The notes under the pieces are model-generated. The model searched no databases and was not told the origin of the DNA. It saw only the letters and a program-made list of their open reading frames with translations. This document shows, piece by piece, positions 28,186 to 38,194 of a stretch of DNA of 64,000 nucleotides (its first letter is position 1; each line of letters starts with the position of its first letter). Source of the DNA: a virus; the IMG/VR virus record IMGVR_UViG_3300021961_000023. One strand, given 5' to 3'. The translations under genes were made by a program, and so were the position numbers.

Positions 28186-30423
28186 ATGGCAACTCCTCAA
28201 TTATCTCCAGGCGTACTCGTCAGAGAGGTTGATTTAACAGTAGGGAGAGCTGATAATGTTTTAGATAATATTGGTGCGATTGCTGGTCCATTCTCTCAAG
28301 GTCCTGTTGAGGAAATCGTAAATATCACCACTGAGCAGGAACTGATTAACGTTTTTGGCAAACCTCTTTCCACTGATAATCAATTTGAGTACTGGATGAC
28401 TGCATCTTCCTTCCTTTCTTATGGAGGAGTTCTTAAGGTCATCAGAAGCAGCGATGCTAACCTCAATAATGCTAATGCGGGTGTGGGTGTAGCGAGTGAC
28501 ACCACACTATTAATCAAAAATAAGGATGATTACGAAATCAATCATTCTGAAGATGCTGTTCAGTTCTTCTATGCAGCAAGAAATCCAGGTAGCTGGGCAG
28601 AATCTTTAAAAGTATGTCAGATTGACGATTTTGCAGATCAAAGACTTTATTTCAACAGCACAAACCTTGCTGGTCTTGGTTTAACTGTTGGTTTTGCAAT
28701 CACCGCAAGCATTCCTGCTGGCACTGCTTTAATCGGTGTTGGAACAACTTCTTCAACCAATGCAGTTCTTAAGGGTATCATTACTGGTGTTAGCACAAAC
28801 AGCAATGATGGTTCTAAGTCATATGTTGATGTAAGAGTTGTTGCCAGAACACTCGCAGTTGGTGGTGGAAGTACCTCTACAAATATTGATTATGCAGAGA
28901 ATGATCCTACTGCATCATTTACTCTAACTGGCGCTGGTTCCAGTGTAGTTATCAGCACTGTTAACACTTCTGGTGTTGCAGTTACATCTAACACTTGTTT
29001 TGCTTTAGAAGATTGGTATGATCAACAAATTCTTGACCTAACTAATACAACTCTTTATTGGAAGGCACTAGCTCCAAAACCAACAAGTAACTCATATGTT
29101 ACTGATCGTGGTGGAAAGAACGATGGTATCCATATCGCAGTTGTCGATGATCTTGGTACTATCACTGGTTCTTCTGGAAATCTTTTAGAAGTACACCTGA
29201 ATCTTTCTAAAGCATATGATGCTGTAAGAGATCAAAGATCAGTATTCTACAAAGATTACATCCGCGACAACTCAAACTATATTTGGATTGGACGTAACCA
29301 GTCAAGTTCATATGTCGCTAATGTAGGTAACGTTGTTCCAACAATCTACCCAACTTCATCTGGGTTCACAACTGCTGGTACAAATACTGGAGTAAGTCTT
29401 GGCGATGGTCTGTGGGGTCTTCCTGCACAAAATACTACTTATTCAGTTGTTGGTAACAAAGGTTTCAGACTGATTGGCGGTAAAGACTATCAAGATTCTG
29501 GTAATAACAACGGATTTGAGGCTAAACTAGGTGACCTGGTAAATGCCTACGAACTCTTCAACGATGTTGAAGGTGTTGAGGTAGATTACTTACTCATGGG
29601 TCCTGGTCTCAGCAAGAAGTCAGAGTCTCAAGCAAAAGCAAACTACCTAATTTCGATTGCTGGACAAAGAAAAGACTGCATGGCAGTTCTTTCTCCTCAT
29701 AGATCTGATGTTGTTAACGTATCAAACTCAAATGATCAAACAGACAACATCCTTGCATTCTATGGTCCATTAGCATCATCTTCGTATGCAGTATTTGATA
29801 CTGGATACAAATATACTTATGATCGCTTTAATAATGAGTTCCGCTACATCCCAACCAATGGAGACGTTGCTGGACTAATGGTTAGAACTTCTATCTTTGC
29901 ATATCCTTGGTTCTCACCTGCTGGTCAACAGCGTGGCATTCTGAACAATGCTATCAAACTAGCATATAATCCAACCAAGGCACAAAGAGATCGTCTCTAT
30001 CCTAAGAGAATTAACCCAATCTCCAATCAACCAGGTATTGGTATTCTTCTCTTTGGTGATAAGACTGCTCTTGGATATGCTTCTGCATTCGATAGAATCA
30101 ACGTTCGTCGTCTGTTCCTCACCATTGAACAAGCACTTCAAAGAGCAGCACAAGCTCAACTCTTTGAACTCAATGATGATATTACAAGATCTAACTTTGT
30201 TAACATTGTTGCTCCATACCTCCGCGACATTCAAGCAAAGAGAGGTCTCTATGACTTCTTAGTTGTTTGTGATGAAACAAACAACACTCCAGATGTCATT
30301 GACAATAATGAGTTTAGAGCGGACATTTATCTGAAGCCCGCTAAGTCGATTAACTTCGTCACACTCACCTTTGTTGCCACCAGAACTGGTGTCAGCTTTG
30401 ATGAGGTTGTAGGTCGAGTTTGA
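28186..30423 (+). CDS. gp18: Tail sheath protein gp18
   Basis: LSPGVLVREVDLT, PWFSPAG, FDRINVRRLF, KPAKSINFVTLTF. Confidence 0.97.
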   Translation: MATPQLSPGVLVREVDLTVGRADNVLDNIGAIAGPFSQGPVEEIVNITTEQELINVFGKPLSTDNQFEYWMTASSFLSYGGVLKVIRSSDANLNNANAGVGVASDTTLLIKNKDDYEINHSEDAVQFFYAARNPGSWAESLKVCQIDDFADQRLYFNSTNLAGLGLTVGFAITASIPAGTALIGVGTTSSTNAVLKGIITGVSTNSNDGSKSYVDVRVVARTLAVGGGSTSTNIDYAENDPTASFTLTGAGSSVVISTVNTSGVAVTSNTCFALEDWYDQQILDLTNTTLYWKALAPKPTSNSYVTDRGGKNDGIHIAVVDDLGTITGSSGNLLEVHLNLSKAYDAVRDQRSVFYKDYIRDNSNYIWIGRNQSSSYVANVGNVVPTIYPTSSGFTTAGTNTGVSLGDGLWGLPAQNTTYSVVGNKGFRLIGGKDYQDSGNNNGFEAKLGDLVNAYELFNDVEGVEVDYLLMGPGLSKKSESQAKANYLISIAGQRKDCMAVLSPHRSDVVNVSNSNDQTDNILAFYGPLASSSYAVFDTGYKYTYDRFNNEFRYIPTNGDVAGLMVRTSIFAYPWFSPAGQQRGILNNAIKLAYNPTKAQRDRLYPKRINPISNQPGIGILLFGDKTALGYASAFDRINVRRLFLTIEQALQRAAQAQLFELNDDITRSNFVNIVAPYLRDIQAKRGLYDFLVVCDETNNTPDVIDNNEFRADIYLKPAKSINFVTLTFVATRTGVSFDEVVGRV

Positions 30424-30459
30424 TTCTTACCCAAATCTACTTAACGGAGAAAAAGAACA

Positions 30460-31116
30460 ATGGCAAACTTAAGAACCATCTCTCAATTTAAAACTAGACT
30501 CGCAGGTGGTGGTGCTCGCCCCAATCTCTTTGAGGTCCACATTCCAGCATTCCCTACAGCAGCAAACTCTGCTGGGGCAAACTGGTCTGGAGAAGTACAA
30601 GAGGATTTCAGATTCCTCTGTAAGGCAGCTGCTCTGCCTGCATCTAATAATGGCGTTATTGATGTACCTTTCAGAGGTCGTATCCTGAAAGTTGCTGGTG
30701 ATCGCACATTCGATACTTGGACTGTAACAATCATCAATGATGAGGACTTCCTTATCAGAACTCAGTTTGAGTATTGGATGAATGCGATTAACAAACTCAC
30801 CAACAACTCTGGTGCAACTAATCCTGCTTCCTACATGGTTGATGCTCATGTATCTCAACTTGGTAGAGCACAGGTAAAAGAAGGCACTTCAAACAATGCC
30901 ACCACTGCTGCACAAACTGCTCTGAGAACATATACGTTCAAGGATATTTTCCCAACTAATATTTCTCAGATTGATCTTTCTTATGATACTGGTGATACCA
31001 TTGAAGAGTTCACTGTTGAGTTCCAAGTTAACTACTACACCGTTGGTGGTAACATGGAAGCTTCTAGTGGATCTGACACTGTTGCTGGTGATCAGTCTAA
31101 CGTTGTTGTCTCGTAA
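30460..31116 (+). CDS. gp19: Tail tube protein gp19
   Basis: GGARPNLFEV, PFRGRILKVAGDRTFDTWTVT, IEEFTVEF. Confidence 0.96.
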   Translation: MANLRTISQFKTRLAGGGARPNLFEVHIPAFPTAANSAGANWSGEVQEDFRFLCKAAALPASNNGVIDVPFRGRILKVAGDRTFDTWTVTIINDEDFLIRTQFEYWMNAINKLTNNSGATNPASYMVDAHVSQLGRAQVKEGTSNNATTAAQTALRTYTFKDIFPTNISQIDLSYDTGDTIEEFTVEFQVNYYTVGGNMEASSGSDTVAGDQSNVVVS

Positions 31117-31166
31117 TAAAGGAATAATAGAGTAACTAAATAGTAAAAAGCTACACTCAACTTATA

Positions 31167-32828
31167 ATGACAAAACTATTTGGTTTCTCTATTGAAGATA
31201 ACGAACCAAAATCACCTACTACACTTTCCCCCGTTCCTCCTAATAATGAGGACGGGGTTGACCATTATCTGAGTAGTGGGTTTTTTGGTTCGTATGTTGA
31301 TATTGAAGGAGTTTATAGAACTGAGTTTGATCTCATCAAAAGATATCGTGAAATGGCACTCCATCCAGAAGTTGATAGTGCCATTGAAGATATTGTTAAC
31401 GAAGCAATCGTTTCAGATTCAAATGACTCACCTGTTCAGATTGAGTTATCAAATTTGAATGCAAGTGATGGTATTAAGAAAAGAATAAGACAAGAGTTTA
31501 AGCATATTTTAGACTTATTGGATTTTGATAAAAAATCTCATGAGATTTATCGTAACTGGTATATTGATGGTAGACTCTATTATCACAAAGTTATTGATAT
31601 AAAGAAACCAGAAGAAGGTATTCAAGAGTTAAGGTACATTGACGCAATGAAAATGCGCTTTGTTCGTGAAAATAAAAATAAAATGGATGATAATCAGCGT
31701 CGTTTATCATCTGTTGCAAATCAAAATCCTTTGGAATATGCTTTTCCAGAAATTGAAGAGTACTATATTTACACTCCAAAAGCATCTTATCCAATAGGAA
31801 ATCCAACAGCAGTAAGTGCAGATAAGGGTATTAGATTCGCAAAAGATTCTATTACATATTGCACTTCTGGATTAGTAGATAGAACAAAAGGCACAACACT
31901 TTCATATCTTCATAAGGCAATCAAAGCAGTTAACCAATTGAGAATGATCGAAGATTCTCTGGTTATCTACAGATTGTCTCGTGCTCCAGAAAGAAGAATC
32001 TTCTATATTGATGTTGGTAACTTACCTAAGGTAAAAGCAGAACAATATCTTCGTGATGTTATGATGCGTTATCGTAACAAACTTGTATATGATGCAAATA
32101 CAGGTGAGATTCGTGATGATAAAAAGTACATGGCAATGCTAGAAGATTTCTGGCTTCCACGTAGAGAAGGTGGTCGTGGTACTGAAATTTCAACTCTTCC
32201 TGGTGGACAAAATCTTGGCGAAATCACAGATATCGAATATTTTAAGAAAAAACTTTTCCGTGCTTTAAATGTCCCACCATCAAGAATGGATGGAGAGGGT
32301 GGATTCAATCTCGGTCGTTCATCAGAAATTTTAAGAGATGAACTTAAGTTCACTAAGTTTGTTGGACGTTTGAGAAAGAGATTCTCAAATATGTTCAATG
32401 ATATGCTCAGAACTCAACTTCTTTTAAAAAATATTGTCACTCCAGAAGATTGGGAAGTAATGAGTGAGCATATTCAATATGATTTCTTATATGACAACCA
32501 CTTCTCTGAACTTAAAGATGCAGAACTATTGACTGAAAGATTGAATCTTGTTTCAACTGCGGAACCATATGTTGGCAAATATTTTTCACAAGATTACTTG
32601 CGTCGTAAGATTCTACGTCAAACTGATGTTGAAATTCTTGAGCAAGATGCACTAATCGAAAAAGAAATCAAAGAAGGAATCATTCCAGATCCAAATGCTC
32701 CCGTTGATCCAGAAACAGGTGCTCCTTTAAATGGTGGTGACTTAGGTGCTCCAATAAATGAACCTGATTTAGAATCTCAAGGAGCAGCAACTGAAGCACC
32801 AGAATTACCTAAGGGTGGAGAAATATAA
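31167..32828 (+). CDS. gp20: Portal protein gp20
   Basis: RAPERRIFYIDVGNLP, EDFWLPRREGGRGTEISTLPGG. Confidence 0.98.
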   Translation: MTKLFGFSIEDNEPKSPTTLSPVPPNNEDGVDHYLSSGFFGSYVDIEGVYRTEFDLIKRYREMALHPEVDSAIEDIVNEAIVSDSNDSPVQIELSNLNASDGIKKRIRQEFKHILDLLDFDKKSHEIYRNWYIDGRLYYHKVIDIKKPEEGIQELRYIDAMKMRFVRENKNKMDDNQRRLSSVANQNPLEYAFPEIEEYYIYTPKASYPIGNPTAVSADKGIRFAKDSITYCTSGLVDRTKGTTLSYLHKAIKAVNQLRMIEDSLVIYRLSRAPERRIFYIDVGNLPKVKAEQYLRDVMMRYRNKLVYDANTGEIRDDKKYMAMLEDFWLPRREGGRGTEISTLPGGQNLGEITDIEYFKKKLFRALNVPPSRMDGEGGFNLGRSSEILRDELKFTKFVGRLRKRFSNMFNDMLRTQLLLKNIVTPEDWEVMSEHIQYDFLYDNHFSELKDAELLTERLNLVSTAEPYVGKYFSQDYLRRKILRQTDVEILEQDALIEKEIKEGIIPDPNAPVDPETGAPLNGGDLGAPINEPDLESQGAATEAPELPKGGEI

Positions 32829-32852
32829 TAAATATAAAAGTGTTATATCTTT

Positions 32853-33038
32853 ATGTCAATGGATGATCTTTTAGATATGGTGGTGAGCGATGAGTCACCA
32901 TCTCAAATTAGTGACGAAATCAAAAATTTACTTTTTGCAAAAGCTGCAGAACGAGTAGATGCTTTTCGTCCAGAAGTTGCCAACAGCATGTTTGGAGAAC
33001 AAGAAGTAGATGATTCTGAGGAAGAAACTGAAGAATAA
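32853..33038 (+). CDS. Small acidic prohead core protein (gp67-like)
   Basis: Lies between gp20 and gp21; AKAAERVD...EVANSMF helix and acidic tail. Confidence 0.6.
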   Translation: MSMDDLLDMVVSDESPSQISDEIKNLLFAKAAERVDAFRPEVANSMFGEQEVDDSEEETEE

Positions 33039-33079
33039 GCGGTATTTATAAATAACTAGTAAATGAACTTTAAACTATA

Positions 33080-33631
33080 ATGGCACATAGACCAGTTGGT
33101 ATTTCATCTTCAATAGCAATAAGTGCAACTTCTGCACAGTCTTCAGCATTTTCTGTTCAATCAGATGTTCTAAGACTTGTTGCTGTTGGAGCAGGAGCTC
33201 ATGTTGCGATTGGAACGGAACCAACTGCAACCACTGCTAGTTATTATATTGCAAGTGGGCAATCAGCAACTCTTGCATTAACCAAAGCATCAAATAGAGT
33301 TGTAGGTGTAATCACTGGAACAACGACTACTATCATTTTCCCAGAAGGTACTCAGTGTCCATTTGGTGTTGGTGATTATGTTAGTCTGACTGCAAGTGGA
33401 CAAGATTACTATAACTTTACACATCAACCAGTTACAGCAGTTGATACTTCATCTAGTTTTAATGGATATCATCAAACTAGATGCACAATCGGAACTAATA
33501 CAAGTGGGATTGTAACTGCATTTTCCTCACCAGATGCAACTTTAAGAAGTTCTCTCAAAGTTGCAGCAAGAACTGATACTGGAACAGGAGTTCTTCATTT
33601 ACAACAAGTTCAATTATCAGGAAACGCATAA
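33080..33631 (+). CDS. Hypothetical virion protein
   Basis: ORF after TATAAATA late promoter; Ser/Thr-rich beta protein coupled to gp21. Confidence 0.7.
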   Translation: MAHRPVGISSSIAISATSAQSSAFSVQSDVLRLVAVGAGAHVAIGTEPTATTASYYIASGQSATLALTKASNRVVGVITGTTTTIIFPEGTQCPFGVGDYVSLTASGQDYYNFTHQPVTAVDTSSSFNGYHQTRCTIGTNTSGIVTAFSSPDATLRSSLKVAARTDTGTGVLHLQQVQLSGNA

Positions 33632-34281
33632 TGAAACTAATCAGAGAAGAAATCGAATCAGTAGAGTTTATCGTTGAGAATAAAAACGGTAAAAAATCAC
33701 TGTATATTGAAGGTGTATTCCTTCAAGGCGATATTAAAAATCGCAATGGAAGAATGTATCCAATGGAGACTCTTCGCCGTGAAGTTGCTCGTTATAATGA
33801 GAATCATGTTGTTGCTGGAAGAGCACTTGGAGAACTGGGTCATCCAGATGGACCAACAGTTAATCTTGATAGAGTTTCACACAAGATCGTTTCTCTAAAA
33901 GAAAGTGGATCTAACTTCATCGGTAAAGCAAAAATCCTCAGCACTCCTATGGGAAAAATTGCTGAGTCTTTAATCAGTGAAGGTGTAAAACTCGGTGTTT
34001 CTTCTCGTGGTATTGGTTCACTTGCTTTAAATAGGGAAGGGATCAATGTTGTTGGCGATGATTTCATGTTAGCAACTGCTGCTGATATTGTTGCCGATCC
34101 ATCTGCTCCCGATGCTTTTGTTGAGGGAATCATGGAAGGAAAGGAGTGGATATGGGATGGCGGTATTCTTCGTGAAAGATATGCAATGAATACTCGCAAA
34201 AAGATCAATACACTCGTAGATCAAAGAATGCTTGATGAACAGAAACTAAATCTTTTCCAAGATTTTTTAGCAAATCTGTAA
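33631..34281 (+). CDS. gp21: Prohead protease gp21
   Basis: NRNGRMYP, ALGELGHP, GVSSRGIGS, DIVADPSAPDAFV. Confidence 0.97.
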   Translation: MKLIREEIESVEFIVENKNGKKSLYIEGVFLQGDIKNRNGRMYPMETLRREVARYNENHVVAGRALGELGHPDGPTVNLDRVSHKIVSLKESGSNFIGKAKILSTPMGKIAESLISEGVKLGVSSRGIGSLALNREGINVVGDDFMLATAADIVADPSAPDAFVEGIMEGKEWIWDGGILRERYAMNTRKKINTLVDQRMLDEQKLNLFQDFLANL

Positions 34282-34331
34282 TTTTATAAATAAATATAGA
34301 TTAAAGTTATACAGTTAATCGGAGAGTTCAA

Positions 34332-35438
34332 ATGTCTCGTGGAGATTTACAAGAAATGGAGAATGGCACAAAGCAATCCAAAACTGCTGTCAATGCTGGT
34401 GCAAAAGCAGCGGAAGCAATGCCTAAGATGACTGATCCTGGAACCCAACTCGGTTCTATTGAGGATCTCGGTGGTCCTACCCCCGAAAACTACAAGTCTG
34501 ATGATGACTCAGCAAAACTAAAAACACCTGGAGCAACTCTGAAGCAAGTAAGAGATGTTGTTAACAAGGGTGCTAAAGCTGCTGATGCCATGAAGGGCAT
34601 GAAAGAAGATGAAGATCTCGACGACGAAGAACTCATTGAAGAAGAAACTGACGAGGAAACCATCGAGGAAGATTCTTCTTTCGATGAAGTTTCTGAGGAA
34701 GAAGTTGTAGAAGAGTATGACATCGAAGAAGATGTACAAGCACTTCTCAGTGGTGAAGAACTTTCCGAAGAGTTCAAAGAGAAAGCAAAAACAATCTTTG
34801 AAGCTGCACTTAATTCAAAAGTTGCCGAAATCAAAGAGGCAATGGAAGCTCAGTATGAGCAACAACTTCTTGAAGAAGTTGAAGAGATTAGAGTTGCGCT
34901 CTCTGAGCGTGTAGATTCTTATCTAGAGTACGTTGCTGATGAGTGGTTCCAAGAGAACGCTCTAGCAATCGAATACGGTCTTAAGACCGAAATGACTGAA
35001 TCCTTCATCACAGGTATGAAGGAACTTTTTGAAGCACATTATGTATCAATCCCTGAAGATAAATATGATGTTCTTGAGAGCATGGTAGAAAAACTTGATG
35101 ATATGGAGACAAAACTCAACGAGCAGATCGAGAAAAATATTTCCCTCAACAAGCGTCTCTCAGAGTCGGTTGCTGATGGTATCTTTGAACAAGTTTCTGA
35201 AGGGCTTGCTGCCACTCAGAAAGAGAAGCTCGCTTCACTTGCCGAAAGTGTAGAGTTTGAAAGTGAGGAAAAATATCGTGAGAAGCTGGAGATGCTGAAG
35301 GAGTCATACTTCTTCAATAAGCAAACTGCTCCAAAAGTTAAAGCAGAATCTCTTTCTGAAGGTGTAGACAATGCTCCTGAATCAGTTTCAGGTACAATGG
35401 CTGCATATCTGAAGACTTTATCTGCATTTAGCAAATAA
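34332..35438 (+). CDS. gp22: Prohead scaffolding/core protein gp22
   Basis: Acidic coiled coil, LSEEFKEKAKTIFEAA, YLEYVADEW; lies between gp21 and gp23. Confidence 0.95.
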   Translation: MSRGDLQEMENGTKQSKTAVNAGAKAAEAMPKMTDPGTQLGSIEDLGGPTPENYKSDDDSAKLKTPGATLKQVRDVVNKGAKAADAMKGMKEDEDLDDEELIEEETDEETIEEDSSFDEVSEEEVVEEYDIEEDVQALLSGEELSEEFKEKAKTIFEAALNSKVAEIKEAMEAQYEQQLLEEVEEIRVALSERVDSYLEYVADEWFQENALAIEYGLKTEMTESFITGMKELFEAHYVSIPEDKYDVLESMVEKLDDMETKLNEQIEKNISLNKRLSESVADGIFEQVSEGLAATQKEKLASLAESVEFESEEKYREKLEMLKESYFFNKQTAPKVKAESLSEGVDNAPESVSGTMAAYLKTLSAFSK

Positions 35439-35488
35439 TTGAATTTTATATAATATTCAAACCCAAACATTCACAAAGGTAACCCGCA

Positions 35489-36910
35489 ATGTTTCATTCC
35501 GAACAATTGCAGGAAAAGTGGGCACCTCTCCTCAACTATGAGGGTCTTGACACAATCAAAGATCCCCATCGTAGAGCGGTAACCGCCGTCCTGCTAGAGA
35601 ACCAAGAAAAATTCCTCCGTGAGCAATCTGCATTCGAGCAGGCTGGATCATTCCTCTCCGAGGCACCAACCAACGCTGTTGGTAATGGTGGTTTCACAGG
35701 TAGCGCAGCTGCTGCTGGCCCTACCGCTGGTTTCGATCCCGTTCTGATCTCGCTGATCAGACGTTCAATGCCAAACCTGGTCGCTTATGACCTGGCTGGT
35801 GTTCAACCAATGAGTGGTCCTACTGGACTCATCTTTGCAATGCGTTCACGCTACATCAATCAGACTGGCTCTGAAGCCTTCTTCGATGAAGTAGATACCG
35901 CATTCTCTGGTCAACCACAAGGTCGTGACGACGCAAACGGTTTCGTTGACGTTGCTGCTGGTCTTGGTACCACTGCTCAGAGCGGCACTAACCCTGCAGT
36001 TCTGAACCCAGTTGGCACTGCTGCTTCAACCGACTATAGAGTTGGTGAAGGTATGCGTACCGACTCTGCTGAGAATCTGGATGGTACAGGCAATGATGCC
36101 TTCAACCAGATGGCATTCAGCATCGAGAAGGTAACTGTTACTGCTAAGAGCCATGCTCTGAAAGCAGAATACAGCCTCGAGCTGGCACAAGACCTTAAGG
36201 CAATCCATGGTCTGAACGCTGAAGCGGAACTCGCCAACATTCTCTCCACTGAGATTCTGGCTGAGATCAACCGTGAAGTTATCAGAACCATCTACAAGGT
36301 TGCTGAGCAAGGTGCTGTACAAAACACTGCTACCGCTGGTGTATTTGACCTCGATGTTGACTCCAACGGTCGTTGGTCGGTTGAGAAGTTCAAGGGTCTT
36401 CTGTTCCAAATCGAGCGTGATGCGAATGCTATCGCACAGCGTACTCGTAGAGGAAAGGGCAACATCATCATGTGTTCTGCAGACGTTGCTTCTGCACTGA
36501 CCATGGCTGGTGTTCTCGACTACACCCCTGCACTCAACGCTAACCTGAACGTTGATGATACTGGCAACACCTTTGCTGGTACTCTGATGGGCAAGTTCCG
36601 CGTATATATTGACCCATATGCTGCTAACTTGACTTCGAATAATGCTGGTCCAACAGGTGGTAACCAGTACTACGTTGTTGGTTATAAGGGCACTTCTCCT
36701 TATGACGCTGGACTCTTCTATTGTCCTTATGTTCCTCTCCAAATGGTTCGTGCCGTTGGTGAGAACAGCTTCCAGCCTAAGATCGGCTTCAAGACCCGTT
36801 ATGGTCTTGTTTCCAATCCTTTCGCAGAAGGCACAAATCAAGGTCTGGGTCGTCTCCAAGTTAACAGCAACCGCTACTACAGAAGAGTTGCTGTTAAGAA
36901 CCTCATGTGA
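35489..36910 (+). CDS. gp23: Major capsid protein gp23
   Basis: GVQPMSGPTGLIFAMR, ELAQDLKAIHGL, FQPKIGFKTRYG. Confidence 0.99.
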   Translation: MFHSEQLQEKWAPLLNYEGLDTIKDPHRRAVTAVLLENQEKFLREQSAFEQAGSFLSEAPTNAVGNGGFTGSAAAAGPTAGFDPVLISLIRRSMPNLVAYDLAGVQPMSGPTGLIFAMRSRYINQTGSEAFFDEVDTAFSGQPQGRDDANGFVDVAAGLGTTAQSGTNPAVLNPVGTAASTDYRVGEGMRTDSAENLDGTGNDAFNQMAFSIEKVTVTAKSHALKAEYSLELAQDLKAIHGLNAEAELANILSTEILAEINREVIRTIYKVAEQGAVQNTATAGVFDLDVDSNGRWSVEKFKGLLFQIERDANAIAQRTRRGKGNIIMCSADVASALTMAGVLDYTPALNANLNVDDTGNTFAGTLMGKFRVYIDPYAANLTSNNAGPTGGNQYYVVGYKGTSPYDAGLFYCPYVPLQMVRAVGENSFQPKIGFKTRYGLVSNPFAEGTNQGLGRLQVNSNRYYRRVAVKNLM

Positions 36911-36929
36911 TCTAAGTTCACATATTTCG

Positions 36930-36955
36930 AGAGGGTCTTCGGACCCTCTTTTTTT
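36930..36955 (+). terminator. Rho-independent terminator with cUUCGg tetraloop
   Basis: AGAGGGTC-TTCG-GACCCTCT followed by a T run. Confidence 0.92.
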
Positions 36956-36986
36956 ATCTAAATACAAATAAAGTAAAAGTAGTATT

Positions 36987-37145
36987 ATGAAACCTACTCC
37001 AAGAGAAACTCAAGAGGCGTATAAAAACTACGAAAAGGTTGTCAATCACCTTATTTCAGAAGGTTATGCCAATGATAAAGAATCTGCGGACAATATTATT
37101 AATGGCATGAGTGAAGAGTGGTTCAATATGATTATTTCTGAATAA
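36987..37145 (+). CDS. 52-aa hypothetical protein (not in ORF track)
   Basis: MKPTPRETQEAYKNYEKVVNHLISEGYANDKESADNIINGMSEEWFNMIISE; late promoter at 36959; stop overlaps the gp3 ATG. Confidence 0.75.
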   Translation: MKPTPRETQEAYKNYEKVVNHLISEGYANDKESADNIINGMSEEWFNMIISE

Positions 37146-37741
37146 TGGCAAGATCTAAAACAAGATCAGTTTACGATAAGCAAATCCAGAATAGGAACTT
37201 TCTACAACCTACTGGATTTAAGTTTAGTCTGGAAAGATCTCCAAAAGTTGCATTTTTTTGTAACTCAGCAAACATTCCAGGAATGACTCTTGGTATTGCA
37301 AATCAACCGACATACTTAAGAGATATTCCAACACCAGGTGATAAAATTGAGTTTGAAGATTTAAATCTACGTTTTCTAGTTGACGAAGACTTTGAAAACT
37401 ACATGGAGTTATATACATGGATTCGTGGTCTTGGATTCCCAGAATCAAGACAAGAAATATTTGATCTACAAAAAGAGTACAGAGAAAGAAAAGATTTTAA
37501 GTTAATAGCAGGCGGAGGAATGGATATTTACTCCGATGGGACTTTGTTTATTTTAAATAGTAGTCAAAATCTAGAGTTCAAAGTAGTATTTGAAGACTTG
37601 TTTCCATACAGCTTGTCAACAATACAGTTTGATGCTACAGACACTGGAATCGAATACTTTACAGCAGAGGTAAGTTTCAAGTATACTTTATTCCATGTAG
37701 TTACCCCAACTAACAAAAGGTTACATCCAAGAGAAACTTGA
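37145..37741 (+). CDS. gp3: Tail tube terminator / tail completion protein gp3
   Basis: NFLQPTGFKF, FCNSANIPG, FLVDEDFENYMELYTWI, FPYSLS. Confidence 0.88.
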   Translation: MARSKTRSVYDKQIQNRNFLQPTGFKFSLERSPKVAFFCNSANIPGMTLGIANQPTYLRDIPTPGDKIEFEDLNLRFLVDEDFENYMELYTWIRGLGFPESRQEIFDLQKEYRERKDFKLIAGGGMDIYSDGTLFILNSSQNLEFKVVFEDLFPYSLSTIQFDATDTGIEYFTAEVSFKYTLFHVVTPTNKRLHPRET

Positions 37742-37753
37742 TTTTTTATTTTT

Positions 37754-38194
37754 ATGGTTATTGATCTTGAAGTGATTCAAAATATGTGGGTGAAAGATGC
37801 TGTGATTGATATGGATAATCTCCATGAAGAATCCGCAGTTAAAACAAACTCTCTTCACGCAAAGTATTTTGAAATCTATAATAACATTTTGCTTTTAAAA
37901 AAGAAAGCAGAGCAACAAAGAAAAAACATTCGACATAACCGTTATGAATACTATTCAGGAAAAGCAGATCCTGATGTTTATATCGAAGACCCATTTCCCA
38001 AAAAAATCAGAGATAAAGATACAATGCAAAAGTATCTTGATGCTGATGAAAAGTTATCTTCAATCAGTCTAAAGGTAGAATATTATGATGTTATGTTAAA
38101 CTACGTAGAGAGTATTTTAAAACAAATTTCTAATAGAACATATCAGATTAAAAATGCTGTTGATTTCATGAAGTTTCAGGCAGGACTTGGATAA
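37754..38194 (+). CDS. uvsY: Recombination mediator UvsY
   Basis: LHAKY, YEYYSGKA, YQIKNAVDFMKF. Confidence 0.9.
   Translation: MVIDLEVIQNMWVKDAVIDMDNLHEESAVKTNSLHAKYFEIYNNILLLKKKAEQQRKNIRHNRYEYYSGKADPDVYIEDPFPKKIRDKDTMQKYLDADEKLSSISLKVEYYDVMLNYVESILKQISNRTYQIKNAVDFMKFQAGLG

Noticed and set aside
36906-36922. TGTGA-N7-TCACA resembling a CRP site at the gp23 stop
   Set aside because: Spacer is 7 not 6 nt and no sigma70 promoter follows; more likely a small RNA hairpin
36026-36967. 313-aa antisense ORF over gp23
   Set aside because: Shadow of the strongly biased, higher-GC codon usage of gp23; no recognisable motifs or SD
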